A stretch of DNA of 64,000 nt from an uncultured Oscillibacter sp. (GTDB taxonomy: Bacteria; Bacillota; Clostridia; Oscillospirales; Oscillospiraceae). Positions within the stretch are counted from its first letter, which is position 1; every line of letters starts with the position of its first letter. Under the pieces are notes generated by a model. That model did no database searches and was not told the DNA's origin. It saw only the letters and a program-made list of their open reading frames with translations. The stretch is taken from NCBI GenBank assembly GCA_910587705.1, contig CAJUMX010000010.1, forward strand, positions 53,130 to 117,129. Direction: 5' to 3'. Made by a program: the position numbers and the translations under genes. Positions 1 to 9,602 of this stretch are shown one piece after another.

Positions 1-905
1 GCTCCCAGGGTTTCCAGCGTCACGGGAAGGTCCCGGTCCACCCCCTTGGAAAAGCGGAGGAGCAGGGTTCCCCCGTTCTCCGCTTGCAGCTGCCACAGCT
101 TTGCCGCGTCCTCGGCGGATAAAACAGCGGCGTAGTACCACGCGTCCCCCAGCACCAGCTTCCCGGTTCGGGAGGTGACGGAGGGGTCCGCCGTCAGGCT
201 GGAGAGGGCGGAGGGGGTCAGCCCCTCCAGCATGTCCGGGGTCAGCACCGCCTCGAAGCCGTCCACCTCGGAGGAGTAGAGCCCCGCCTCCGGCGCGGTG
301 ACACGCCGGACGGAGCCCTCCGCCTGAGAGCGAAGGTTCAGCAGCTGCGCCCCCAGCTCCTGGAGCTGGAGGCCGATGTCTCCGTTCCCCGTGTCGCTGT
401 AGTCCCGCTTGAGGACCAGGGCCCGGAGCTCCAGGGCCGTGCCCTCCGCGTCATAGAGCCGGTCCGCCGCCAGGAAGCGGCGGTATTCCAGCAGGTTCTG
501 GACAATCTGGGCGTCCAGCTTCCGGGTGGTCTCCGCCGCCAGGGCCAAATCCTGGGCGTATTGAAGCTGTTCCACCCGGCTCTCCAGGCTCTCGATTTCC
601 GCCTGCCGGTCCAGGGACGCCTGGTCCGCGTAGATGGAGGCCACGGTCCCCCCGGCGGCCACCCGCTCTCCCTCCGCCCGCTGGATGCGCAGAAGGCCGC
701 CGCCCTCGTCAGGCAGCACCCGCTCCTCCCGGACCACGAAGCCCGTCAGGTCCACGGTCTGCTCCACCTCATAGCGGTAGGCCAGGGTGACGCCCAAAGG
801 GTCGTCCAAATATTGGAAAGCCTCGATCCCGAAATAGGCCGCCACTCCCAAAAAGAGGGCGGCCATGAGAAGCTTTGTTCCAAAGCCGCTTTGTTTCTGT
901 TTCAT
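1..905 (-). CDS. HlyD-like membrane-fusion/periplasmic-adaptor family protein (3' end runs off window)
   Basis: Hand translation from ATG at 905: MKQKQSGFGTKLLMAALFLGVAAYF... N-terminal TM helix, then EGERVAAGGTVASIY hairpin-like segment, coiled coil and APEAGLYS motif; open to window edge; missing from ORF track. Confidence 0.7.
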   Translation of the reverse strand, partial: MKQKQSGFGTKLLMAALFLGVAAYFGIEAFQYLDDPLGVTLAYRYEVEQTVDLTGFVVREERVLPDEGGGLLRIQRAEGERVAAGGTVASIYADQASLDRQAEIESLESRVEQLQYAQDLALAAETTRKLDAQIVQNLLEYRRFLAADRLYDAEGTALELRALVLKRDYSDTGNGDIGLQLQELGAQLLNLRSQAEGSVRRVTAPEAGLYSSEVDGFEAVLTPDMLEGLTPSALSSLTADPSVTSRTGKLVLGDAWYYAAVLSAEDAAKLWQLQAENGGTLLLRFSKGVDRDLPVTLETLG

Positions 906-936
906 AGCGTTTCTATGTAGCCTGCCTTATGTGAGA

Positions 937-1164
937 TCACTCCTCCTCGTTCAAAGAGACCGTCCGGGTGGGGGCAATGGTGGAGATGGCGTGCTTGTAG
1001 ATCACCTGCTGGCGGCCTTCGCTGTCCAGGATGACCACGAAGGGGTCGAAGCCGGTGATGGTTCCCCGCATCTGAAAGCCGTTCATCAAAAACATGGTGA
1101 CGGGCACCCGGTCCCGCTTGGCCCGGAGGAGGAAGAGGTCCTGTAGGTTCTGTTTGTTTTGCAT
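937..1164 (-). CDS. hfq: RNA chaperone Hfq
   Basis: NLQDLFL...[13 protein letters not shown]...[12 protein letters not shown]m1/Sm2 motifs; downstream of miaA. Confidence 0.97.
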   Translation of the reverse strand: MQNKQNLQDLFLLRAKRDRVPVTMFLMNGFQMRGTITGFDPFVVILDSEGRQQVIYKHAISTIAPTRTVSLNEEE

Positions 1165-1285
1165 ATCGTCCGCTCCTTTTTCGTCTGTCCGTGCGCCTCC
1201 CGGCGGGAGGCGCTGTCGTGTAGTTCAGCGAAACGATGATCCTCGGCGTCCCCGAGAGGTTCCGGGCGAATCGTTTTGCCAATTT

Positions 1286-2230
1286 CTAGGATACCCCCTC
1301 CGCAGAGAGAATTTCCGTCGAAATCTGTAGGGCCCGGGCAAAATCCCGGTCTTTTTCCCAAAAGACCCAGTGGATGGCCGGATTCCGCCGCAGCCAGGTC
1401 AGCTGCCGCTTGGCGTACTGCCGGGAGCGGAGCTTCACCTCCGCCAGGGCCTCCGCCTCCGTGGCCGTCCCCTCCAGGACGCTTTGGAATTCCTTGTATC
1501 CGATGGCCTGGAGGGCCGTGGCGTTTCGGGGCAGACCCAGGCTCAAAAGAGCACGGACCTCCTCCAGCAGCCCCGCCTCCGCCATGCGGTCTACCCGCCG
1601 GTCAATCAGGGCCTTCATATCCGCCCGGTCGGCGAACTGGAGGCCGATCCACACCGCGTCATACCGGGGAGGCAGGGCCTTTGTCTCCTCATTGTGGGCG
1701 GTGATGGTTTTCCCGGTCTCCCGGTAAACCTCCAGGGCCCGCAAAATCCGCTTTACGTCCGATGGGTGGAGCCGCTCCGCCGACGCCGGGTCCACCTGCC
1801 GCAGCTCTTCCAGCAGCGGTCCGATGCCCGCCGCCGCAAGACGCGCCTCCAGCTCTTGCCGCACGGCTCCCCCGGCGCAGCCTGCCGCGAAGCCGTGGCC
1901 CTTCACCACCGCGTCGATCCAAAGACCGGTGCCCCCCACCAGGATAGGCAGTTTCCCCCGGGCTAGGATGCCGTCGACGATGGGAACGGCCTCCTGGGCG
2001 TAGCGGGCGGCGGACCACGGCTCCGCCGGGTCGCTTACCGCGACCATGTGGTGGGGCACGCCGTCCATCTCTTCTTCCGTGGGGGCGGCAGTGCCGATGG
2101 TGAGCCCCCGGTAAATCTGCATGGAGTCGGCGGAGACCACCTCGCCGCCAAATTTCTTGGCCAGCAGGACCCCCAGGGTGGTCTTGCCGCAGGCGGTGGG
2201 GCCCACGACGCAGACGATCTTCGGGGCCAT
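1286..2230 (-). CDS. miaA: tRNA (adenosine(37)-N6)-dimethylallyltransferase
   Basis: GPTACGKT P-loop, DSMQIY, GGTGLW, QAIGYKE, RQYAKRQLTW; start trimmed to MAPKIV. Confidence 0.97.
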   Translation of the reverse strand: MAPKIVCVVGPTACGKTTLGVLLAKKFGGEVVSADSMQIYRGLTIGTAAPTEEEMDGVPHHMVAVSDPAEPWSAARYAQEAVPIVDGILARGKLPILVGGTGLWIDAVVKGHGFAAGCAGGAVRQELEARLAAAGIGPLLEELRQVDPASAERLHPSDVKRILRALEVYRETGKTITAHNEETKALPPRYDAVWIGLQFADRADMKALIDRRVDRMAEAGLLEEVRALLSLGLPRNATALQAIGYKEFQSVLEGTATEAEALAEVKLRSRQYAKRQLTWLRRNPAIHWVFWEKDRDFARALQISTEILSAEGVS

Positions 2231-2231
2231 T

Positions 2232-2822
2232 TCAGAAGCTCCGGCCCAGGGTCCGGGCCTGTTCACAGGCGGCCTCCAAAAGCTCCGGGGCCTTGGCGGG
2301 GTCCACGTCCAGCCCTCCGGCAAAAACATAGTCGAACCGGGGGATACCAAACATCCTGGAGAGCTGCTTCCAGTATAGGACCCCCAGGCTCTCGGGCCGC
2401 TCGAAGTCCCCGCCGGTGGTGAGATAAGCCAGCCGGTCCGCCCGGCAGTCCCCGTGGCAGCCGTCGGCTTCGTAGTGATAGCAAAGGCCGTTGGCGGAAA
2501 TATACTCGATGTAGGTCCGCATCACCGCCGGGAAGCTCATGTCCCAAAAAGGCGCGGCGGCGACGATTTTGTCCGCCGCCTGGAACTGCCGGGCCAGGTC
2601 GAACACCGGCGCGCCGAAAGCCCCCACGGAGGCCAGTTCATCCCGCTGGTTCAGGGCGGCGGGAAGGAAGGGCTTTAAATCCAGCGCCTCCAGGGTCACG
2701 GTTTCCACCTCCGCCCCGGGGTGGGATTCCTGAAAGGCGGAGAGAAAAGCCTCCGCCAGGGCGCGGGTCCGGGACGCCGGTCCCCGCTGGCTGACGCAGC
2801 CGTCAATGAATAAAAGTTTCAT
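2232..2822 (-). CDS. Flavodoxin-fold NAD(P)H oxidoreductase (AzoR/AcpD-like)
   Basis: S..SRTRALA, ADKIVAAAPFWDMSFPAVMRTYIE, YLTTGG motifs. Confidence 0.85.
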   Translation of the reverse strand: MKLLFIDGCVSQRGPASRTRALAEAFLSAFQESHPGAEVETVTLEALDLKPFLPAALNQRDELASVGAFGAPVFDLARQFQAADKIVAAAPFWDMSFPAVMRTYIEYISANGLCYHYEADGCHGDCRADRLAYLTTGGDFERPESLGVLYWKQLSRMFGIPRFDYVFAGGLDVDPAKAPELLEAACEQARTLGRSF

Positions 2823-2823
2823 G

Positions 2824-3024
2824 TCATTCCTCGTCTGATATCGTTGTAAGAATGGGCTTCCCCTCCGGGTCCAAGAGAGGTGTCAGCCCGGCTCCCCCGC
2901 TCCCGCCGCCGAACCTGGCAAAGAGGTAGTTTACCCCGGTGATCCGGTCTACAAGGACCCTGGTTTCCACACCAAACGTGTTCTCCTGATAAGCTGTCAC
3001 GAAGCGCTCTTGTTCCTTTTCCAT
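2824..3024 (-). CDS. Small DUF6440-like protein
   Basis: VLVDRITGVNYLF...GLTPLLDPEGKPI pattern; GAGGAGG RBS. Confidence 0.75.
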   Translation of the reverse strand: MEKEQERFVTAYQENTFGVETRVLVDRITGVNYLFARFGGGSGGAGLTPLLDPEGKPILTTISDEE

Positions 3025-3038
3025 GCCGTCCTCCTCTC

Positions 3039-3268
3039 GGGTCCAGGGGCCGGAGCCCCTGGTTTCTCCGCCAAGCGGAGAAAGAAATTGAAATCATTTT
3101 CCTGACGACATGTGCGTCAGGAAAATACCAAGACCCCAGCCGCCTTGGGCGGCGGCACCAGTCCGCAGACTGGTGGGGGGAATCTAGTGCGCAGCCGTTG
3201 GCGGCTTTGCCGCCTTACGGATGCGGCCTCCCCCTTGCGGGGGAAGGGGGGACGAAGTCCCCTCTTTA
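3039..3268. repeat. Repeat family B copy 1 (multi-hairpin element) with nested 57-bp insert
   Basis: Aligns to 25836-26010; six hairpins, e.g. TTTTCCTGACG-acatgtg-CGTCAGGAAAA; extra 3187-3243 absent from copy 2. Confidence 0.9.
3187..3243. mobile_element. ~56-bp mini-element C, copy 1
   Basis: Absent at the equivalent site of repeat B copy 2; reverse complement matches 11463-11517. Confidence 0.75.
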
Positions 3269-5257
3269 ACTCCGCTTGAACATTTTCTCAATCTCATATT
3301 TCGTCAACTTCACCGCCACGGGCCGCCCGTGGGGGCAGTAGCGGACCTCGCCGCTCTGGACCTTGGAAACCAGGGCCCGGAGCTCCTCCGGATCGCTTTT
3401 CCAGCCGCCCTTAATCGCGGCCTTGCAGGCCATAGTGTGAAGGAGGCCCTCCCGCCGCTCCGCCAGAGAGCGCCCGGAGCGGAGCTTCCCGGCGATTTCC
3501 TCCAGAGTGGCGGTCACGTCCTCCGCGTCCAGGTCCGCCGGAATCTCCCGCACCAATATGGCTCCGCCGCCAAAGTCCTCGCAGGAAAAGCCCAGCTCCT
3601 CCAAAAGGGGCAGGTGCTCCAGCAGCAGCGCCCCGTCCTCCTTTCCCAGCTCCACGGCGGCGGGGGTCAGCAGGGCTTGGCGCATGGGGGGCTCCAGGGC
3701 GGCTTTCAGGCGGTCGAAGTTCACCCGCTCGTGGGCGGCGTGCTTGTCCACCAGCCAGACCTCCCCCGCCTCGCTCTCGCAGACGATGTAGGTCCGCAGC
3801 AGCTCCCCGGCAATCCGCCAGGGGGCCTCGCCGGGGGGCTCCAGGGCCTCCTGCCCCGGCAGCTCCGCCTGGGGAATGGCGGGGACGAAGGGCCGGGGTT
3901 CCGGCGAAACCGGCTCCCTTGGAAGGGTGGGCTTTGCCAAAGCTTTCGGCTCCGCCGGGGGGGCGGGAGGCGTCTCCATTCGCTCCGCCTTCGGCCCGAG
4001 GACCGAGGACGGCGCATCCTGCCGCAGAGGCGGGAAGGCCCCGCTCCGCCCCAGGGCCGGACGGGTGGAAAGGGGCGGCGCGCTGTCCGACAGCCGGGGG
4101 CCGGTCCGCTCCGTGTCCCAGGCGGGAAGGGGCGCGGAGGGCCGGGGGGCCGGGGCGGCGGGCTTCGCCCCCTGTTCCCGGTAGGCTTTCGCGTCCATGG
4201 ACTGGAAGAAGTCCCCCCGGGGGTTCACGGTTTTCTCCGGGTCCGCCGGAGCGGCGGGGACCGGCCCTCCCTGCTCCGCCAGGGCATCCAGCACAGTGTG
4301 GTAGACCGCGTTGAAAACGGCCTGCTCCTGAGCGAACTTCACCGCCGTCTTAGCGGGGTGGACGTTCACGTCCACCGCCGTCACCGGCAGGGTCACCGCC
4401 AGCACGCAGCCGGGGAAGCGGCCCTTCATGATTTGGTTCCGGTAGCCCTCTTCCAGGGCGGCGGTCAGAAGCTGGGACTTGATGAACCGCCCGTTGACGA
4501 AAAAGACCTGCATCCCCCGGGAGCCCCGGCCCTGGAGGGGCCGGGTGATGAAGCCCGACACCGCCACGCCGTCTCCGCCCCCCTTCACGGGAAGGAGGCT
4601 CCGGGCGAAGTCCCGGCCCAGAGCGGCGTATATGGCGGAGTCCAGCCGCCCGTCTCCGGGGGTGTGGAGGGCCTCCGTGCCGTCCTTGATGAATTTAAAG
4701 GACACGTCCGGGTGGGACAGGGCCAGGTGCTGCATCAAGCCGCCGGCCGCCGCCGTCTCGGCGCTGTCCTTTTTCATGAATTTCAGCCTGGCGGGGGTGT
4801 TGTAGAAGAGGTCCCGGACCAGGATGGTGGTGCCCTCCGGGGCTCCGGCCTCCTCCACCGCGCCGGGGACGCCCCCTTCCAGGCGCAGCGCCGCGCCGGT
4901 GGGGTCCTCCCGCCGCCGGGTTTGAATTTCCACCCGGCTGACGGCGGAGATGGCCGCCAGGGCCTCCCCTCGGAAGCCCAGGGTGCCGATTTTTCCCAGG
5001 TCCTCGGGCCCCCGCAGTTTGGAGGTGGCGTGGCGGAGGAAGGCGGTGGGCAGCTCCGTGGGGGCGATGCCGCAGCCGTTGTCCGTCACCCGGATAAGGC
5101 CCATGCCGCCCCGGCGGAGCTCTACCACCACGGCGGAGCTGCGGGCGTCCAGGGCGTTTTCCACCAGCTCCTTCACCACGCTGGCGGGGCGCTCCACCAC
5201 CTCCCCGGCGGCGATGAGGTCCGCCACGTGAGGGGGCAGCTGCTGAATATTGGGCAT
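3266..5257 (-). CDS. mutL: DNA mismatch repair endonuclease MutL
   Basis: IAAGEVVERPASVVKELVENALDA, TLGFRGEAL, DKHAAHER, ACK, CPHGRP. Confidence 0.98.
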   Translation of the reverse strand: MPNIQQLPPHVADLIAAGEVVERPASVVKELVENALDARSSAVVVELRRGGMGLIRVTDNGCGIAPTELPTAFLRHATSKLRGPEDLGKIGTLGFRGEALAAISAVSRVEIQTRRREDPTGAALRLEGGVPGAVEEAGAPEGTTILVRDLFYNTPARLKFMKKDSAETAAAGGLMQHLALSHPDVSFKFIKDGTEALHTPGDGRLDSAIYAALGRDFARSLLPVKGGGDGVAVSGFITRPLQGRGSRGMQVFFVNGRFIKSQLLTAALEEGYRNQIMKGRFPGCVLAVTLPVTAVDVNVHPAKTAVKFAQEQAVFNAVYHTVLDALAEQGGPVPAAPADPEKTVNPRGDFFQSMDAKAYREQGAKPAAPAPRPSAPLPAWDTERTGPRLSDSAPPLSTRPALGRSGAFPPLRQDAPSSVLGPKAERMETPPAPPAEPKALAKPTLPREPVSPEPRPFVPAIPQAELPGQEALEPPGEAPWRIAGELLRTYIVCESEAGEVWLVDKHAAHERVNFDRLKAALEPPMRQALLTPAAVELGKEDGALLLEHLPLLEELGFSCEDFGGGAILVREIPADLDAEDVTATLEEIAGKLRSGRSLAERREGLLHTMACKAAIKGGWKSDPEELRALVSKVQSGEVRYCPHGRPVAVKLTKYEIEKMFKRS

Positions 5258-5282
5258 GGGGCTTCCTCCTTTCCGGGGGCGC

Positions 5283-6194
5283 TTAAAGAAGCAGCGCCGC
5301 GATGATGGGAATGGTGACGATGGAGGCCAGGGTGGAGACGAAGGTAATCTGGGCCATGCACTCCGCGTCCCCGCCGTACTCCATGCAAAGAAGGGACCCG
5401 TTCACCGCCACCGGCATGGCCATCTGGGTGACGGCGATGCCCAAAATTAAGCGCTCGGTCCCCAAAAGCCCCAGGATGGGACACAGCGCCGCCGGCATCA
5501 CCAAAAGGCGGACCGCCGTGAGAACCCACAGCCGGGGAGAGGCCAGCATCCGCCCCAGGGGCAGCCCCGCCAGCAAAGAGCCCACAAACATCAAAGACAG
5601 CGGCACCGTGACGCTTCCCACGAATTCCAGCGCCTCTCCCGCCACCGCCGGCGGCCGCAGCCCCACCAGGGCCAGGACCAGCGCCAGGGCGGCGGCCAGG
5701 ATGCAGGGGGAGAGCATGTGGCGGAGGCTGAACCGCTTTGCCCCTGTGAGCATCAGCGGCCCCAGGGTGAAGGACAGGAGGTTGAAGGGCAGGACCAGAA
5801 TGACGGCGTAAAACAACGCGCCGGGGCCGAAGAGGGCCACCGCCACGGGATAGCCGATGAAGCCCACGTTGGGAAAGGCCAGGGTATAGCGCCACACGCC
5901 CTTTTGGCCCGGCGTGCCCCCCAGAAGGGGCGGCACCGTCAAGGCAAAGGCAAACTCCAGCCCGTAAAACACCAGGGCGGTTTTCAGCACATCCAGCACC
6001 ACCGCCGGCTCCGGCAGGGCCTCCCCGCTTCCCACGGCCCCCAGGATCATGGCGGGCATGGTGATGTTCAGCAGCAGCTTGGAAATCTTCCGGTCCACCT
6101 GCCCGCCCAGGATGCCCAGACGATTGGCGGCAAAGCCGCAGAGAATGGCGAAGAGCAGCACCAGCATCTCCGCCAGGGTATCCCAAAAACTCAT
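5283..6194 (-). CDS. AEC (auxin efflux carrier)-family transporter
   Basis: Multi-TM; FPNVGFIGYPV and AMPVAVN motifs; start set at MSFWDT. Confidence 0.88.
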   Translation of the reverse strand: MSFWDTLAEMLVLLFAILCGFAANRLGILGGQVDRKISKLLLNITMPAMILGAVGSGEALPEPAVVLDVLKTALVFYGLEFAFALTVPPLLGGTPGQKGVWRYTLAFPNVGFIGYPVAVALFGPGALFYAVILVLPFNLLSFTLGPLMLTGAKRFSLRHMLSPCILAAALALVLALVGLRPPAVAGEALEFVGSVTVPLSLMFVGSLLAGLPLGRMLASPRLWVLTAVRLLVMPAALCPILGLLGTERLILGIAVTQMAMPVAVNGSLLCMEYGGDAECMAQITFVSTLASIVTIPIIAALLL

Positions 6195-6238
6195 GACAAA
6201 ACTTCTCTCTCTCTCTCTCGGGGCGGTGCCCCAGTTTC

Positions 6239-6949
6239 TCACATGCGCCCCGCCAGGGCCGACAGGGCGTTGACCCCCCCGTGGAGGGCGATGGAGGCCC
6301 AGAGGGTCCCGGCGTGCTCATAGGCCCAGGCCAGCACCAGCCCGGGAATCAGATACGGAACCATCCACAAAAAATAGGCCAGGTCCCGGCCCGCCACGGC
6401 AAACTGCCACACGTGGACCAGGGCGAAGAGGCCGCAGCTCACGGCGTAGGCCAAGAGGCGGCTGCGCTCTCTCAACCCGCCAAAGACCAGCCCCCGGAAC
6501 AACGTCTCCTCCACAAAGGGGGCCAGGAACACCAGAATCAGCAGGGTCATGTGGGGGGCGCTGCCCGTCCGGGCGGAGATGGCGGAGTCGTTCAAATTCC
6601 CGGGGCGGTTCACAAACACGCTCCCCAGCCGGGCCGCCAGATCGGTGAGACCGTAGTGGGCCACCAGGCCGATGGCCGCCGTCTTGACCGCAAGGCCCGG
6701 GTCGTCCAGAAAGCGGCGGGTGGAGGTCCCCAGGAGATGGTGGAAGAGGATGGCCGTCACGGCGAAGAGGCCGTAGTAATAGACCGCGCCGTAAAGCTCC
6801 CCGGAAATCCTTCGGCCCAAAAGCTCCCCCGCCAGGCGCCGGGCGGGCCCCGCCATAAGCGGGAGGAGGAGCAGGTAAAACACAAAGAAGATGGCGCCCC
6901 CGAACCGCTCCAGGTTCGTCAGCCCCCCAGAGGGTCGTTTCCTCGCCAT
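6239..6949 (-). CDS. CPBP/CAAX-family intramembrane metalloprotease
   Basis: APFVEETLFRG, FALVH, SIALHGGVN motifs. Confidence 0.92.
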   Translation of the reverse strand: MARKRPSGGLTNLERFGGAIFFVFYLLLLPLMAGPARRLAGELLGRRISGELYGAVYYYGLFAVTAILFHHLLGTSTRRFLDDPGLAVKTAAIGLVAHYGLTDLAARLGSVFVNRPGNLNDSAISARTGSAPHMTLLILVFLAPFVEETLFRGLVFGGLRERSRLLAYAVSCGLFALVHVWQFAVAGRDLAYFLWMVPYLIPGLVLAWAYEHAGTLWASIALHGGVNALSALAGRM

Positions 6950-6959
6950 AGCCGCCCCC

Positions 6960-9566
6960 TTACGTCAGTTTTTGTTTCAGCTCATACAAGAGGCTCATGG
7001 CCTCGATGGGGGTCAGCGTGTCCGGCTGGCAGCGGCGCAGGGCCTCCAGCACCTCCCCCTCGCTTATGGAGCCCAGGGAGACCTGTTCCGTCTCCCGCCG
7101 GGGGGCGGCGTCGGGGACCCCGCCTGCCGTCTCCAGCTCCTCCAGCACCTGCCGGGCCCGCTGGAGCACCTTCTCCGGCAGACCCGCCAGCTTCGCCACC
7201 TCGATGCCATAGCTCCGGTCCGCCCCGCCGGGGAGGATTTTGCGCAAAAAGATAATCTCCTCCCCCCGGGTCCGCACGGCGATATTGTAATTTACGGTTC
7301 CGGGCAGGGTGTTTTCCAGCTCCGTCAGCTCGTGGTAGTGGGTGGCAAAGAGGGTCTTGGCCCCCAGGGTCTTGGGATTCGCGCAGTGCTCCAGCACCGC
7401 CCGGGCGATGCTCATGCCGTCGAAGGTGGAGGTGCCCCGGCCGATCTCGTCCAGAATCAGCAAGGAGCGTTTGGTGGCACAGCGGAGGATGTCCGCTACC
7501 TCCGTCATCTCCACCATGAAGGTGGACTGCCCGGCGGAGAGGTCGTCGCTGGCCCCCACCCGGGTGAAAATCCGGTCCACCACGCCGATGCGGGCGTGGG
7601 AGGCGGGGACAAAGCTCCCCATCTGGGCCAGGAGGACCGTCAGCGCCACCTGGCGCATGTAGGTGGACTTGCCCGCCATGTTGGGGCCGGTGAGGATGGC
7701 CACCCGGTTTTCCTTCTCCCCCAGGAAGGTGTCGTTGGGGACAAAGAGGCTGTCCTTCAAAACCCGCTCCACCACCGGGTGGCGGCCCTCCCGAATTTCA
7801 ATGACCCCGGATTCATCCACGTCCGGGCGGCAGTAGTGGTTTCGCACCGCCACGGCAGCGAGGGATGCCAGCGCATCCGCCTCCGCCACGGCTCCGGCGG
7901 TTTTCAGTACCCGGCCGGAGGCGGCGGAAATCTCCTGGCGGAGCTGGGTGAACAGCTCGTACTCCAGGGCCACCACCCGGTCCGAGGCGGTGAGGATGGA
8001 GTTTTCCAGCTCCTTCAATTCCTGGGTGATGTACCGCTCCGCCCCCGCCAGGGTCTGCTTGCGGATATAGGTCTCGGGCACCTCGCCCTTATAGCTGTTG
8101 GAGACCTCGATGGTGTAGCCAAAGACCTTGTTGTACTTGATTTTTAAGGTCCGGATGCCGGTGCGCTCCCGCTCCCGGGCCTCTATCTCGGGGATAACCC
8201 CCTTGCCGCTTTTTAAAATGTGCCGCAGGCGGTCCACCTCCGGGTGGAAGCCGTCCCGGATCAAATCCCCCTCCCGGACGGAGAAGGGGGGCTCGTCGCA
8301 GATGGTCTCGGCGATGCGCCGCCCCAGGTCCTCCAGGGCGTCCAGCTCCTCCGAAAGCTCCCGGAGGCGGCGGTCGGAAAAGGCGGCGAGGCGGCTCTTG
8401 ATCTCCGGCAGCTTCTCGATGGCGGAGCGGAGGGCGGCCAAATCCCGCCCCCCGGCGGAGCCGTAGACAATGCGGCCGATGAGCCGCTCCATGTCCCCCA
8501 GGCCCGAGAGGGCGGCGATCAGCTCCTCTCGGTCCACGGTCCGCTCCACCAGGGCCGCCACGGCCCCGTTTCGCCGGGTGATGGCGGCCACGTTCAAAAG
8601 GGGCCGCTCCAGCCAGCTGCGAAGGCACCGGCCCCCCATGGAGGTCTGGGTCCGGTCCAGCACCCAGAGGAGGCTGCCCTTCTTCTCCTTGCCCCGCATG
8701 GTGGCGGTCAGCTCCAGGTTCCGCCTCGCGGTCAGGTCCAGCTCCATAAAGAGGCCCTGTTCGTAATAGTCCAGGTCGTTGATGTAGGAGAGGTCCGTCT
8801 TTTGGGTCTCGTATAAGTAATGCAGCAAGCCCCCCAGGGCCAGGGCAGCGGCGGGCACGGCGGCGGGAAGCCGGTTCCAGGCCCCCTCGCCAAACTGCTG
8901 GCGGATGCTCCGCTCCGCCTCCGGCAATCGGAAGCGCCGCTCTCCGGCGCGCTCCACCCGGCAGTGGAACTTCTCCCCCAGGGCCGTCACCAGGGCCGTC
9001 TCGGCATAGGCCCCGTCATTCAGCACCGCCTCGGCAGGGGCGAAGCGGCCTAGCTCGTTGACGATATGCTCCGTCCGGTCCCTCCCGGTGAAGGAGGTGA
9101 GGTGGGCCCGGCCGGTGGTGATGTCGCAAAAGGCGACCCCGGCGGACCGGGCGTCGGCGTAGACGGCGCAGAGGAAGTTGCTGGCTTTTTCGTCCAGGCA
9201 GGCCGTGTCGGTAACCGTCCCCGGGGTGACCACCCGGATGATATCCCGCTTCACCAGCCCCTTGGCGGCGGCGGGGTCCTCCATCTGCTCGCAGATGGCC
9301 ACCTTATAGCCCTTGGCGATGAGCCGGGCAATGTAGCTCTCGCTGGCGTGATAGGGGATGCCGCACATGGGAATCTGCTCGTCCTCGGGCTTTGCCCGCT
9401 TGCCCTTGTCCCGGCTGGTAAGGGTCAAATCCAGCTCCCGGGAGGCAAGGCGGGCGTCGTCGGCGAACATCTCGTAGAAATCGCCCAGGCGGAAGAACAA
9501 GATGGAGTCCGGGTTTTGCTCCTTGATCTCCAGGTACTGCTTCATCATGGGGGTCAGCTCTGCCAT
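6960..9566 (-). CDS. mutS: DNA mismatch repair protein MutS
   Basis: TPMMKQY, FFRLGDFYEMF, TGPNMAGKSTYMRQ, DEIGRGTST, SYGIEVA. Confidence 0.98.
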   Translation of the reverse strand: MAELTPMMKQYLEIKEQNPDSILFFRLGDFYEMFADDARLASRELDLTLTSRDKGKRAKPEDEQIPMCGIPYHASESYIARLIAKGYKVAICEQMEDPAAAKGLVKRDIIRVVTPGTVTDTACLDEKASNFLCAVYADARSAGVAFCDITTGRAHLTSFTGRDRTEHIVNELGRFAPAEAVLNDGAYAETALVTALGEKFHCRVERAGERRFRLPEAERSIRQQFGEGAWNRLPAAVPAAALALGGLLHYLYETQKTDLSYINDLDYYEQGLFMELDLTARRNLELTATMRGKEKKGSLLWVLDRTQTSMGGRCLRSWLERPLLNVAAITRRNGAVAALVERTVDREELIAALSGLGDMERLIGRIVYGSAGGRDLAALRSAIEKLPEIKSRLAAFSDRRLRELSEELDALEDLGRRIAETICDEPPFSVREGDLIRDGFHPEVDRLRHILKSGKGVIPEIEARERERTGIRTLKIKYNKVFGYTIEVSNSYKGEVPETYIRKQTLAGAERYITQELKELENSILTASDRVVALEYELFTQLRQEISAASGRVLKTAGAVAEADALASLAAVAVRNHYCRPDVDESGVIEIREGRHPVVERVLKDSLFVPNDTFLGEKENRVAILTGPNMAGKSTYMRQVALTVLLAQMGSFVPASHARIGVVDRIFTRVGASDDLSAGQSTFMVEMTEVADILRCATKRSLLILDEIGRGTSTFDGMSIARAVLEHCANPKTLGAKTLFATHYHELTELENTLPGTVNYNIAVRTRGEEIIFLRKILPGGADRSYGIEVAKLAGLPEKVLQRARQVLEELETAGGVPDAAPRRETEQVSLGSISEGEVLEALRRCQPDTLTPIEAMSLLYELKQKLT

Positions 9567-9602
9567 GTGATACCTCGTTTCTCTCTAAACAGCATGCGGG
9601 GC

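Noticed and set aside
1265..1284. Sigma-54 promoter before hfq (TTGGCAAAACGATTCGC, minus strand)
   Set aside because: GG-to-GC spacing is 11 nt rather than the required 10.
3221..5305. Long antisense or alternative-frame ORFs (e.g. 3221-5305, 13533-15506, 21646-23244, 51411-53402)
   Set aside because: Shadow ORFs of real genes caused by high-GC codon bias; no motifs or RBS.
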